DNA of 64,000 bases from Spironucleus salmonicida (GCF_000497125.1 NC_090602.1:372001-436000); one strand, 5' to 3'. Shown: positions 12,446-25,362, counted from the first letter of the stretch. Program-made: numbers and translations. The notes: generated by a model not told the origin, from the letters alone.

Positions 12446-13234
12446 TCATTTTTTCTAAATATACTAACCGCAGCTGCAACAAACTTTTTCTGAAACCTTC
12501 AAATAAACCTCCAGACCAAACTGACAGCGTATAATCTGCCCGCAGGCCTCGCAGCGATTCCCTGTCCCGTAGCTCTTGTACTTGTTCATGCTGGGTGTGT
12601 TTCGCACGATTTCGTTTTTCCGCTTCTCGAACGACCGAATTTGTAAGAACTGCTAATCGTGTTTGCCCCGCTCCTCGACATGCCTCTGGACGTTCTGGAA
12701 TGTATCATTCACGCGGTCCGTCCAGCCGTCAAACTTCTCGATCTCCGCCTCCGTTTTGAAAACCTCATTCTGCCAATTCCGCTGCTGCATCGTCGAGTTC
12801 GCGCTCCGGAAGTGGTTCTGCTCGCTTTAGCACTGCCGCTTGTCGAGCTGAATCTGCAGCTTAACGCCGTTGATGACGTCGCTGCGTTCCCGCGCGAATC
12901 CCACCTTCTCCTGGTAGTCGAAGTTCGACAGTCCAGTCGTTTCGATTTCCATGTCGTTCTTTATCTGCTTTCTCACGTAATCGATGAATTTGGCGTCGCC
13001 GTCTAAGCTCGGCTTCTTCTTTGCGGGGAGAATTTTACGCTGCTGTGGCATCGCCCATGATGTCTGAATCATTGGCGGGTTTTTGGTGATTATTGAGTTC
13101 GGATCGATGCAGGCTCGTGGTAGGGCCCGACTGAGCTCAATTTACGTTCTCTGCTTCTAATCTAGTAAAATATGCAGTGGTGGACGCGGTGGAAAAGCTG
13201 TCAGGGAGGTTGCAGGACGCGGCGGCATCGGCAT
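12446..13234 (-). CDS. Hypothetical protein, 262 aa
   Basis: Code-6 ORF MPMPPRPATS...RLVYLEK*; GC-rich. Confidence 0.75.
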
Positions 13235-13294
13235 TTTTGATTTTTACCATAACTTTAAACAAATTCTTATATAATAATAAAGATAAAATATAAA

Positions 13295-14614
13295 ATGTCG
13301 AAAGGGAAGGAGAAATAAGCTGAAATTGTGCTTCAGGTCTTAAGTCAAGTAGGGTTCAAGTTCTCTACGTATAAGGAGATTGATAGAAAAATCTTCTCTA
13401 AATTGAAAATCGATCAGCTGAAGTAGGCTGCAATACTGATTTCGTGGGTGTTCAACATTGAAATGCCTGAAAAATTACTTAAAAAGAATTTACAGGAATT
13501 TATGGAATAGAATTTAGATTTATTGTTATCCTAAACACCCGTTTGGACCAAGCCGAAAAAGATAATTAACGCCTAAATCTTCGAAACTTACGTGCAACTA
13601 GGAGCTTAGTTTGGCGCGGAGCACCTTTAAATTGTAAAAGGTGTCTAAGATTTTTATATTCCAAGGCAGGCGTTACCATTGCAGGCTATATAATAATTAT
13701 CACCTCTTTACTAACATTTTCAGGTAATTTCGTTATTTTAGCAAGATTTGGAGAAGGAGTATAAGTTTTAATTTGAAATACCGACAGATTCAATTAACTA
13801 TTTAAATGAGTATTAGTAATGCCGGTTGTTGATGTATTGTTTTTATGAAACACTAGGTGATAACCATATACCATCGATTGACGTTGTTCCAACACAAAAA
13901 ATCTTTAACAATAACCATCATTAATAACTCTTATTTGCTAATGGATTACCAATAATACAAGAACGTATATAAAAAAATGATATTACAGATACTATGGTAT
14001 TTCCACTTCCGTTTGATATTACTTAGGCAGCTAAGCTCAAGGCAAATAAAGTATTCATTGATGTTTAAAATATAAGTTTACCTAACCATCCAGATGCAAA
14101 TAAGGATAAAAGTTAATATAAGTTTCCTTATTTTGTATTTTACTTGGCAAAAAAATTAAATTCTTAGGAAATATTTTAGAAATTATTAAAAAAACCTCTC
14201 CTAACTTGTCAGCTGTTTAAAGATGCTTTAACTGCAAAAAAAGCGTTACTAGATTATAATATTATCCTTATTTCAAATACAGCTGAAGATGAAGAACTGG
14301 AACAGGTGTCTGAAACAATATCTTTAGTTTCGCACTTATCTATGAAACCGATTCAATTTCCTGTAAGATCTTCATAATGTAGGCATTTTAATAAAATTAT
14401 GGATTTAGAAGAATTTATTTCAAGAGTTGAATCAGGATTATCATTTAGATGTTCTATATGTAATGAATAATGTAGTTTTGATCAGCTTCATATAGATGCA
14501 TTTGCATGGTACTTAATATAAAATAAATAGGTAGGAAGTGTGGAAGTTAAATAAGATGGATAATTTGATTTAAAGGAGACAAAATAAGATGATGAGGATA
14601 GTGGGTGGTTTTGA
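13295..14614 (+). CDS. MIZ/SP-RING zinc-finger protein (Siz/PIAS-like SUMO E3 candidate)
   Basis: EDEELEQVSETISLVSHLSMKPIQFPVRSSQCRHFNKIMDL...FRCSICNEQCSFDQLHID...VEVKQDG; 439 aa. Confidence 0.8.
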
Positions 14615-14626
14615 TTATTTCATATT

Positions 14627-15997
14627 TCACTCTGCTGTAATTTCAAATGTTTCTTCTATTTTCTCTCCTTCTCTTTCACTAATTATTTAATCATTCTAGT
14701 ATTCAAATACCTCAGCCAAATCACTTATTTATATAACATTTTACTCTGCATCTGATGTCATATCTTATATTCGTTATAGTTAAACAAATGGCTTAGAATC
14801 ATTTTTTACCAACGAAATTAGTGATGGTTCTACTTAATTTGTTGGTGATACCAATTATTCATATTTTGGTGATACGATTGAAGCTGTTTTTTGTATCATA
14901 GTGTCGCTTGATGAAGTGGATACAGAACCTTCTGATGCGCTAGAATTATGTGTGGTTGATTTGGCTGTGTTGGTTTCAGTTTTAATACTACATGACATTA
15001 GCTCTTCTGAACTAGAACTTTAATGTCTTGAATAGTCTTCATACAGAATATCTAATGGCTATAATGGCTTTGAATATGATTTTGATTTTCTAAGTAGTAA
15101 TGAGTCCTGAGAATGATTAATTGGCTAATGTTTCTAATGATTTTTATTTTATTATTCTATTCGGGATAAATTACTTTATTTTTATTATATTAAACTTTCT
15201 AAAAGTACTTATGCGATTCTTTCTTTCTTTAGATCTGAAACTTTTAAATCATTACTCTCAATGATAATATCGTTATCAAACAATGACTTAGCTTATTTCG
15301 CAGCATTTTTTAATTCTTTCATCCGTGTGTCAACTACGATTCCTCTTTAAACTAACTCGTTATAATTCTTAAAAATCTCAACATTAATTGAAAATGAGTG
15401 ATCATTTCTTACATATTTACTAACATATTCATCTAAAACACCCGATAAAAACCCACATATAGGTTCTTATTATTCATTAAGGCGCATTATAGCAAATTTC
15501 AATACTCTCTTCCATTCTTGCTAGAATGATCCTTATCTTTCTACAGAAACTTTAAGATTAAGATCTTATATAGCTTTTTTAACATCTTAAAATTTACAAA
15601 CATGTCTAGGATTCAATATATTAATTTCTAAATAGTCGGAAAAATGATTCTCAACGGACAATTTACTATTTGTATTTCGTGTCAAATTTTATATTGCATA
15701 GAGTATTGTAATTTCCAATATCTCAGGTTTAGATAGGGATAAAAACTAAGGAATTAATATATTATATATCAAATCTTAAACCAACATATTATTCATTATT
15801 TTATACTTATTTAAGGTTGGAAGTGACCTCTGGATAAATTTGTCTATTTTTGACCAAAGATCTGGATGGTTATCGAAATTACGTAATATAAGATAATGTG
15901 CTTTCATAGAATTAAAATTATATGTCTAATAAAGTGTTTATCTAATAATTGCTTAAAATGTCTCACTAGTTAATTATTTTTGTGAAGATGTTAGCAT
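14627..15997 (-). CDS. Hypothetical protein, 456 aa
   Basis: Code-6 ORF MLTSSQKQ..., in frame with the GAG-TGA stop; Ser/Gln-rich C-terminal half. Confidence 0.75.
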
Positions 15998-16028
15998 TTT
16001 AAATTATAAAAAATATTATTAAATTATA

Positions 16029-17582
16029 TCATATCAATTAAATACCAAAAGTATCTGATAACAATGCGAAAACACTATCTGTCAGGCAAACAGGTTTTGT
16101 TGGTCCAATCTTCATATTTCTGAATCCTTAGCTTAATAATGATAATAATTATATTATGGCTTTTTATTCATACCAACTTATCCATAATTCAATACTTTCA
16201 CATATAGTGGGAATTTCAAGTTCAATTTATTTTACTATTTAAATAAGGCTCCATACATCATTACACTAACCAATATCTAGTATTTTAGGTAATCCAGCTA
16301 CATTCTATATGCTTTAATCGTTTATTCTGAAACGACCACATGCTCCAGTTATTATCAAATCTTTAGACCCAACTTTTTAAGAAACTTATCTAAATTTATT
16401 TCTTCCTGTGTTTTATCCGTCACACCCACCTATGAAAACTAATTTTTCAATTTGATTAGTTTATATTTTAGATACAATATCATTTTTTAAATCTTAGAAA
16501 ACATTAAATGATAAACCAACACCTTCAACTTCTTATTTGATATTTAATTGATTGAATACACTATTACAGTGGGCTTAATCTTTAAAACCTCCTTGTTTAG
16601 CCTCCTAGATTAATTTATCCATATCTAATTTATTCATATCATTATATCCAACTACTCCAACCGCTTTTATCTGCGACATAGATTTGGGCTTCATTAAACA
16701 GTTTGATGTCATAACAACGGGTCCAGGAAAAAGTTCAAATTCTTTTTACTATTTCCACCAGGCTCCACCAAAATGTCCGGCAACAAGACCCTTAAAATTT
16801 TCGTAGCTACCAGCTGGAAAAAGTTCCCCGTGAGTGTAAACGTTAACATTTTCTTTTTAACTAGCCACGCATATAGTCATTAAATCTTTGTAATCATGTC
16901 CAGATACTAGTATTGCAGGACCGGGTATTGGTAGTTAATGAATAGTTGTAATTTTTTATTTACCTCCTAACTTTGTATTGTAGTAGTACAAAATGCTAGT
17001 TATCTAAAAATTAATTTCACCTAAGCTTATTAATAGCTATAGTACTTCACTTGTATTGTTATACACTTTAGTAATCAATAATTTATGTATACTCATTAAT
17101 TTTAGAATATTCTCAGAAAGAATTTAATTTTTTTCTTCATTTAATTTCATTATATTAAAACAATGCTAAGCATAAGCAGAGGCTCCTTTAACTCCTTAAA
17201 TACCAAACTAAACTAAACCGCCAATATCTTTTCCTAATTTATTTAATACTACATCTGGGGAATACAGCCTTCTTGTTAGCTAGAAATCTCTTTTTTTCAA
17301 TTAAGAAAATGCCAATTACCAATCGTTACTTATAATTTTAGAATTTAATTTTTCTAAAACCTAAAAGTGATCATCTTCGTTAAAATTTACATTAGTTAAT
17401 GTCATAAAAATATTGTATGTAAAGTCTTCTTCTGTTTATTCACAATATCCACAACCACTTATTATCAAGTCTTATAAACTTGATATCAAAGGAGTTTTAC
17501 TACAAACACCAACTTTTTGACATCCGTTTGGTTTAACTGTTTACTCACATTAAAAGCAAAACATGTCTTCAACATCTATCAT
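16029..17582 (-). CDS. hcp: Hybrid-cluster protein (prismane / hydroxylamine reductase)
   Basis: MFCFQCEQT...GC..VGVC, TLTNVNF, ILVSGHD, VYTHGE, MTSNC, GGCDG, ACG, LDIGQCND, SWYEQKA; 517 aa. Confidence 0.97.
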
Positions 17583-17658
17583 TTGAAGTTATTGTAGAGA
17601 AAATTGTAGATAAGTATTTTAAAATAATTTAAAATAGATAAAAATACGTTATAAATAA

Positions 17659-18138
17659 TCACTTTCTTCTTTCATATTTCTAATAAAGAAATTCTATCTA
17701 ATCAGGGCTAAAAGCTTATCCTTATATGCTTTATCTAAGTTTATGGATAGCATTTTCTACACTCCATCCTCCTTCACACAATGCACATGCAATTAACAGT
17801 GGAGGACGTGTTCTACCTGAGACTCCTTACACTGCGATCACTTTTTACGCAGCTTACGCTTATTTAACGATATCTTAAAATTCTAATATTTATGACTCTG
17901 ATGGTAGTGATCCATTTTCAAATTCCATTTCAATAAGTTTAATATTTCTTGTTTGAAAGATTGTAGCTTTATAATTTGGCTGAGTAGTTCTAATAAGAAA
18001 TCCCACATTAAGAGATTAGAATAGTTACAGAAACTCCATTATATTTGTATCGGTAGGATTTTCAGTAATTAAGAATGATTATTCTGGTGTAGAAATTTTA
18101 TAGTAGTGATTTGGTACTCTATCAAATATTAGATGCAT
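17659..18138 (-). CDS. PRL/PTP4A-like tyrosine phosphatase fold, probably inactive
   Basis: FLITENPTDTNI, FENGSLP, IAVQGVSGRTRPPLLIACALCEGG, AIHKLRQ...AFSPDQIEFL; 159 aa. Confidence 0.85.
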
Positions 18139-18258
18139 TTTTAACTATCCTCGTAATATTATCACGTAACTATTAATCCTATAAATAGATATTTCTAAAC
18201 TTTTTATTATTATTTTACTATTATATATTATCAGATATATACTACCACTTCATATTTT

Positions 18259-19539
18259 ATGAAGCATTTTCTCGAAAACTTTGAGTATTTGCGCTAGTAG
18301 AATGTATTAACCAGTCCTATAATATAAACAGAGAATGGCGATAATCGTTCGTTATAAATGAAAATTATTTAGCTCTAAAAGTAGTCTCTTCTACACGAGT
18401 CAACTTCACAGCAAAACGTATTCCTCCAAAAATAGAACAATTACCTCCTTTAGGATATCACATTAGGAAAGAAAAATCTGAAGGAAATCTAAACTGACCT
18501 TGCTACTTATAATTCTACTTTCCACTCCCAAAAATACGAAATTTAAACAAAAATTGCAGAGCTAGAAGCCATTACCACAAAATTATCTCAGAATACAGAT
18601 AACCTGCAGCTTTAAGCCCTTTATGATAAAATAGCTATTTTGAACTAGCAAAATCTGACTCATTTGGGCGAAATCGACGCTTTTTAGCGGTAAATTGACG
18701 GCCTCACGGATATCAAAAAGGAGAATTACGAGCTAAAGGCGCAAACCGAAAGTCTCAAAACCGAAAATGATGAGCTCCACAACGAGCTCATAAAAATGTC
18801 GCAGTCAATGGTCGAAATTTCTCTTTTAGAGCAAGTCAACACCAAGCACCGGGCCGAGGTTGAATTGTACTAAAACTAGCTTGAAACAATAAGAAAAGAG
18901 TATAACAGCAGCGAAACAACCGAGACGAAATAGGTAGCTACCTACAAGGCAATAATTAGCAGACAGGATACTGATATTTCTAATTTGGAAAATGAGGTTA
19001 AAGTGTTACAAGAGCACCTGAATTTATATAATAATGACGATGCAAAAATTGTAGAAAACATGCAAACGGAACTGTTGAAAGTCAAGAAGGAGCTTTAGGA
19101 TACTTAAAGGCTTAGTAATTCGTAATAAATTGAGCTGGCAGAGTACAAATCTGATCATTTGTTTGTAATGAAATTGAAAGATAATAATGTTTAAAATGTG
19201 TAGAATGAGTTCTCTAAAATGCAGAATTTAATTGATTTACTGAAGTTGGAAAATGAGAATTTGTCGTGCTAAAATGATGCTGAAAAAGATATTATTATAT
19301 AAGATTTACATTAGAAATTAAGAGAGAAAGAAGAGAGGATTTAATGGCAAGAGGGAGTAGAGACTCGAATTTAGACCTTAAAAATTGAAAACTAAATATT
19401 AAAAGAACAAAATAAGGGAGGGTTAACGGGTTTGAGCTCAGAATTGGATAGAATTTTAAACACAAGCCAGAAAAATAAACTTGATGAGATTAAGATGCAG
19501 AAGAAAGCAATAATAGATTAATTAGAAAATTCAAAGTGA
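18259..19539 (+). CDS. Coiled-coil protein, 426 aa
   Basis: E/K/Q/L heptad-rich code-6 ORF ending AAG-TGA. Confidence 0.8.
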
Positions 19540-19645
19540 TAAATTTATGAAGTATATTTAGAGAGGAAGTAAATATTCTTATTGATATTATTATTATATA
19601 ATATAACGATAACTTTTCGTCACTTTAATTATTAAATTAAATCTA

Positions 19646-20149
19646 ATGTCCCAAGACTACAAAAACTTATCATTGACGCCTGAATAATAACAACGCTTCA
19701 ATTAAATTGACACTAACAAATCTGGATCTATTGAGGCTATAGAAGTATCCAAAATGTATAATTTTGAATTTCCGGAAACATCGGCGGCTTAATTGCTCAG
19801 GGCAATTACAAACAAGTCATCATTGACTGCAAAAGATTTCCCTGTATTTGATGCATGGATGATGCGATTTTATAAAGTCTTCGGAGAATTCTCAAATGGA
19901 TCACCATATGTATAGAATGTTGTGCCTGCTATTCAACGCACCAAATTGATTGTTGGTGATCAACTTGTAACACATTTAGTTAAGAAGTTTGGTGGTAACG
20001 CGTAGGGAATTACTTTTGGGTAGTTTCTGAGCATTTGTAGCTATATTCTTCTTTGCGGTAAAATTATGTAAAACTTTGATACCTAATAGAAAGGGTGCTT
20101 GAATATCGATTATAACGGTTTGATTAGCTTAGGTTTATGGTTTATCTGA
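19646..20149 (+). CDS. Penta-EF-hand protein (PDCD6/ALG-2/peflin-like)
   Basis: FNQIDTNKSGSIEAIE (EF1), LVKKFG...ITFGQFLSIC, FDTQQKGCLNIDYNGL; 167 aa. Confidence 0.8.
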
Positions 20150-20224
20150 TTATTATTTATTTACATAATTTAATATTTAATACTTATTAATCATATATAT
20201 TATATTTGGAATTCATTAACAATA

Positions 20225-22741
20225 ATGTAGCCTTATAATCCGTTTAAGGACATTGACAAGTAATATCTTTGTTCTGAAATAAAAATAAGGAGCACTGCAT
20301 CAAACTAAGTCGCGCTTAATGAGTTCATACTACATAAAAGTATTGGTAAAGGATCGTATGCACAAGTTAGGTCTGCATTTGATTTAGTTAGCTAGTAACC
20401 AGTAGCTATGCGATTTGTTAATAGAAAAAATTTATCAAAAAAGATAGGATTAGAAAAAGCAGATGCTATGGTTGTTAATTCAACGAAAATTCATCTACTA
20501 CTAAAAAAATCATTAGATTTGTATTAATTAATTTACTCGCCTAAGTTTTTCTAATCTTTTGATGACAAGATTCTCATACCGGTCTCTCATTAATTATATG
20601 ATAATTTTACGTCAGAGTTTACAATATAGGGAAATTTAACACCAATTGAGTAAAATGAATCTCCTGCATCTCTAAGATCCAATACCCCTAGATTTTCAAA
20701 TGAATTTATATATGATAATTGTAGTATATAAGTTTTGTAACTAGCAAATAGAGGATCAATGCTTAATCTTTAAGCTGGAGATTTATAGTTAAAATAACTC
20801 TTATTACAGGTGGCTGAATAGATATGTGAAATGCATCAAAAGCGAATTATTCACTGTGATCTTAAAAGCGATAACATATTATTAATGGATTAGGATGATG
20901 TATTAATTGCAAAATTATCTGATTTTGATACAAGTATAATTTTAGAGGATACATATTTAAGGATTGAGAAAATATAAAATATTTTAGACAAAAATGAGTT
21001 TGAAGGACTCAATTTTATTATAGTTGATAGCTATCAAGCTGATTTCATTGGTGAAATAGTATCAACGCCAGCCATTTCTGCACCAGAAACTAGAAATTGT
21101 GCAAGTGCTTTTATGGGCGTGGAAACAGATATTTGGTAATTTGGTTAGCTATTATTGTAACAATTTTGTGGTGCAAATAAAAATATTTCAGTCGGTAGAA
21201 ATTCAAAAGAGTTTGAAATAATAGAATATTATTATAGTTATGATCTTGCTGATTTAATAGCTGGATTAACTGAAATAAACCCTGCATTACGATATGACAT
21301 GAATTTAGTTGTCGAGCATTCATTTTTTAAAAATACTGTTTCGGATATTAGTTAATTCCATAGTCTAGTATCAAATTTTAAGGCAAAAAAAGTAATTTAT
21401 TCATCCAAAGATATTTTACTAACCGGCGAATTAGTAGAATATGCCAATACATAGTAATAATATGAGTTTTTGCTTTTCTTAGAAGCAATGATAATTTAAG
21501 ATATCAAACCATTATTTATTGGATAAAAGGAATAATTCTCATTACGTTAAAACTAAAATGAAAAGTTTTATGATATATTCAATTTATTTATGAGCATATT
21601 AAATTAACTGAAACGAGAAATATTTTAAATAAAGAGATCAGAATCTGCTCGATATAAAACTAAAAAAATTTAATATAATTCCAAATTTTATTAGCTGGAT
21701 TATATTTATAAGTTTTTAACTCCAGAAATTTGTTTATTTTTTAACTAAAATAAAATTTTGATTCGATAAATTACTTGTATTAGCTCTGTTGATGTCAGGG
21801 ACCTGCAAACTTTTCCAAGACACTGCTTATACAAAGCTTGTTAAGGGATATAATATCTTAATATACTAACACGACTAATATAATTTAATATGTATAGATG
21901 TTATTATCAATCCGACCATTAATACACGCCATAAACTATATATTAGACATTTGAGTTAGATGTTGAAAGAAGAAAAGCTCAGCTTACTCGTGCTGAATTG
22001 AATCCGATTAATTTACCAAAACTTAATGTATAGCAATCTATATACAATATTTAAGCGATAATGCGAGATTAGTTAGAGGAGAAAAGTGTATCTAGTAAAG
22101 CTCACTTTGAAGCTTCGTCAGATGACCTAGAAGATTTGCCATGTAAATTTACTCCAGCAGTCACAGAGTAATTTTAAGCAAAGATGCCAAAACTTAACAT
22201 GTAACTAAATTTACCCACACTTAATTTTCCAGTTTTTGTAAAATAGTTAGAGGAGGTTGAAGATCCTAAACCAACATATGAACATCGGACAAATATAAAC
22301 AGTTAGGAAATAGAATCAATAATACCGGAAGAATATACAGATACTTCTAGCATAGATTCATCAGATAATCCGAATTTTGTAGAAATAAAATAAGTACTAT
22401 CGGGGTAGAATTTACTTAGTAAATAAAATAATTCGTCTTTAAGAAGATCTACTCATGAAAAATTTGAACCAATTGACTGGCAGGTTCTATAATCATCAAT
22501 GCTTCCAACTATTAAAGAAGAAAATTTATACAATTCTAAAAGTTAAAATGCACTAATTTTATAAGAGACATCTTCTAAAACAGACAAAAATTAATTATAG
22601 GAAGCTGATGAAGATCCTGGTCTAGAAGAATTATATAAACTAACTACATTGTTTGCTGTTACTATTGTTACTGAAATTGAAGAGTTGGATATCGATATTG
22701 ATTAATATGATATAGGGGAGTGTAGTTCAGGGTCAATTTGA
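20225..22741 (+). CDS. Divergent Ser/Thr kinase (CAMKK-like N-lobe) with long C-terminal tail
   Basis: LNEFILHKSIGKGSYAQV, PVAMR, IIHCDLKSDNILL, KLSDFD, STPAISAPE, TDIWQFG; 838 aa. Confidence 0.85.
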
Positions 22742-22811
22742 GTTGTTGAATAATTTGTATATTTTGTATATTCCAGTATTAATTTTAATATATAGTAGAT
22801 TAAATTAAAAA

Positions 22812-23129
22812 ATGTCATCCTTAGTAAAAGCCGTTATTCCAGCTATATTTGAGGGTTATTTGCAATTTTATAATAATTTATAAATGATTACAACGTAAAC
22901 GTATAGCCAATTAATAAAAACAGCCAAAGAAGTACAAACTTTTAATAATATACCTTATAATTTAGGAATACTTGTTCATCAAATGAAAAAAGATACAGCA
23001 AAGTAGATCTTTGATTTGCAAGATGGTGAAGTGCTAGATGTTAAATTTAATGAATTAATGAAAGCAAATAGTGTTAGTAGTTATCTTTAGTGCAAAATAG
23101 ATGAAGCTTATAAGATTTTACAAGTCTGA
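22812..23129 (+). CDS. Pam16/Tim16-like J-like protein (no HPD)
   Basis: MKKDTAKQIFDL...LDVKFNELMKANSVSSYLQCKIDEAYKIL matches the Pam16/Pam18 C-terminal pattern; 105 aa. Confidence 0.6.
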
Positions 23130-23171
23130 TTGAATTAATCTATTTAATATATATTAATTAAACATGTATAG

Positions 23172-23255
23172 TTTATATTATATAAATATAATTATAATTA
23201 TATAATATTAATAATATTAATTAATTAGCATTTTAATTTCCACTCCTTCTGTTGC
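23172..23255 (+). promoter_or_regulatory. AT-only tract plus C-rich element upstream of RPL15
   Basis: About 55 nt of pure A/T, then atttccactccttctgttgc immediately before the ATG; same layout at other housekeeping genes. Confidence 0.55.
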
Positions 23256-23870
23256 ATGGGTGCCTTTAAGTATATCTAAGAATGCTGGAGAAATAAACAA
23301 TCCGAAGCTGCTACCTACATCAAGAGAATCAGAACTTGGGAGTTCAGACAGCTCTCTAAGATTGTCCGTGCTTCTCACCCTACTCGTCCTGAAAAGGCAA
23401 GAATGCTCGGTTATAAGGCTAAGCCTGGATATGTTATCTTCCGTTGCCGTATCCGTCGTGGTGGACGTGTTAGAAACTGTAAGCATCACATTTGGTATGG
23501 TAAGCCTCGTAATATCGGTACCGTTGGTCTTAAACCTAAGCGCTCTCTCCGTGCTTATGCCGAAGAGAAGGTTGGCAGAAAGATGGGTTCCCTTCGTGTT
23601 CTTAACTCTTATTGGGTTGCCCAGGACGGTACTTATAAGTGGTTCGAAGTTATCTGTGTTGACACTATGAGACCCGAAATCCGTAACTCCCCCACTGAGA
23701 ACTGGATCTGCAATCCCGTGCACAAGCACCGTGAACTCCGTGGTCTTACCGCTGCTAACAAGTCCTCTCGTGGTCTTACCAACAAGGGGGTAGGTTCTAT
23801 GAAATCTAGACCTTCTAAGTAGGGTACATGGAGACGTAATCACAAGCTTAACCTCAGAAGATACAGATGA
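23256..23870 (+). CDS. RPL15: 60S ribosomal protein L15 (eL15)
   Basis: MGAFKYIQECWRNKQS...PTRPEKARMLGYKAKPG...LRVLNSYWVAQD...HKHRELRGLT...LRRYR*; 204 aa only if one TAA and one TAG are read as sense. Confidence 0.99.
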
Positions 23871-23982
23871 TGAGTTAATAATTATATATTCGTTTTTCAT
23901 ATTAACTAATTATGTATTTAAATTTTTGTTTTTCTATTATTATTTTATTTTGAATAATGTTAAAAACTGATAATACAAAAAA

Positions 23983-25362
23983 TCATTTCTTTAAGTTTTA
24001 TGATGATACTACTGATAATGTCTGGGTTAGTTACTGTACTTAACCTCGTAGTTACTCTATTTCTGATTAAAGTTGTGATATAATTTCATCTTTATCAAGT
24101 TTTTATACTGGTTCAGTAGCAGATAACTCAAGATCCTCTAGTTCTAGTTAATCCACTTAATTAAAACTATGCTTAGAAAGTGAATCTTTCCCTTTTCGTT
24201 TTTTCTTTCCCTTTTCACTGTTATCAGCTTCTATAACGACAAACGATTTTAGAAGCTCTTTTTTTATTAATGGAGGCCGACCACGTTTTCGAGGATTCCC
24301 ATTAGCATCTAGTTTTAACTATATCTGTGAAACATCTGTTTTATGCTTCCGACCCCTATTGCTTTTTTATTATTCGTTTATTGATAAAGTTGAATTGTGT
24401 AATAAAGAGAGTAATTATTCTGAAATTTTATAAGGATATGTTAAAATTTTTATTACTCTATCTTGAGAAAGGGTAAAATTATCCTTTTAAAATCCATTAA
24501 TTAACTTAATTTGATCAAAATTAATATCTAAATTTTTGGCTTCCGGTAAAAACTCATTTTAGCCTACCCATTATGTTTCTTATTAAAATTTGTACATTTC
24601 TTTATCGCGCTTACCTCTAGCTCGTGAAATCTTTAACACCCATCCTCGAAAATTTAATTTACAATAATCATGAATAGAAGGACACAATATACCAAAACAA
24701 CAAGGCTTTAGATTATTTTAGAAAATGAAATTATTTGGCATCTTACCTTGAAAAAAAGTCAATATATCTACTTCAAGTATAAAGAACAAATTCTTGTTTT
24801 ACAAATAAACTAAGCCAGAATTGAAATGCAAAAAATTTAATGGTGGATTAGTTAATTATAAGTCTTAGGGAGCTTCTTCTAAATTCAATTCTACGATTCC
24901 TATATTATTATAAGCAATTGCCTTATTTTAGCCAAGTATATAAGTAAATTATATCGATGATTTGTACATAAAGATAAAAGATTTAGATTAAAAATCGTAT
25001 TTAAAGAACTCTTAATTATTATAGACAATAATGTTATTGTTTAAAGTAGTAGCATGATAAATTTGGTCATTAAGATTGTTAATTATAAAATTAGGTATTT
25101 AGCCTAAGAATGTGACTGTATTTACAGAGAATTCGTATAAATTATTTAATACTTATCCATAATATCGGTTTTTATGATAGAATGTTATATATTAGTATGA
25201 TTATGCATCTTTGTCCAAAATAAATGAAAAATCATCTAACGGCTCCTATTTTAGAATTTAAAACTATTCATTCGTTGTATAAATAGAGTATTCACTATAG
25301 AATATAAAATTATGCTCAAATGGTCGACAAAAAGTTCGTTTTTCCATCGGCAAAATCTTCAT
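23983..25362 (-). CDS. Hypothetical protein with AT-hook and C-terminal coiled coil, 459 aa
   Basis: Aromatic beta-rich N-terminal domain, then PRKRGRPP, basic KGKKKRKGK, and a heptad tail. Confidence 0.75.

Noticed and set aside
11396-13006. Antisense and alternate-frame ORF-track entries in GC-rich patches (also 4479-4748, 33117-33477, 37343-38167, 57060-57278)
   Set aside because: They overlap better-supported code-6 genes and are expected where GC is high.
23217-23900. 227-aa minus-strand ORF and 136-aa alternate-frame ORF over RPL15
   Set aside because: Shadow ORFs produced by the strong codon bias of a ribosomal protein gene; no motif.
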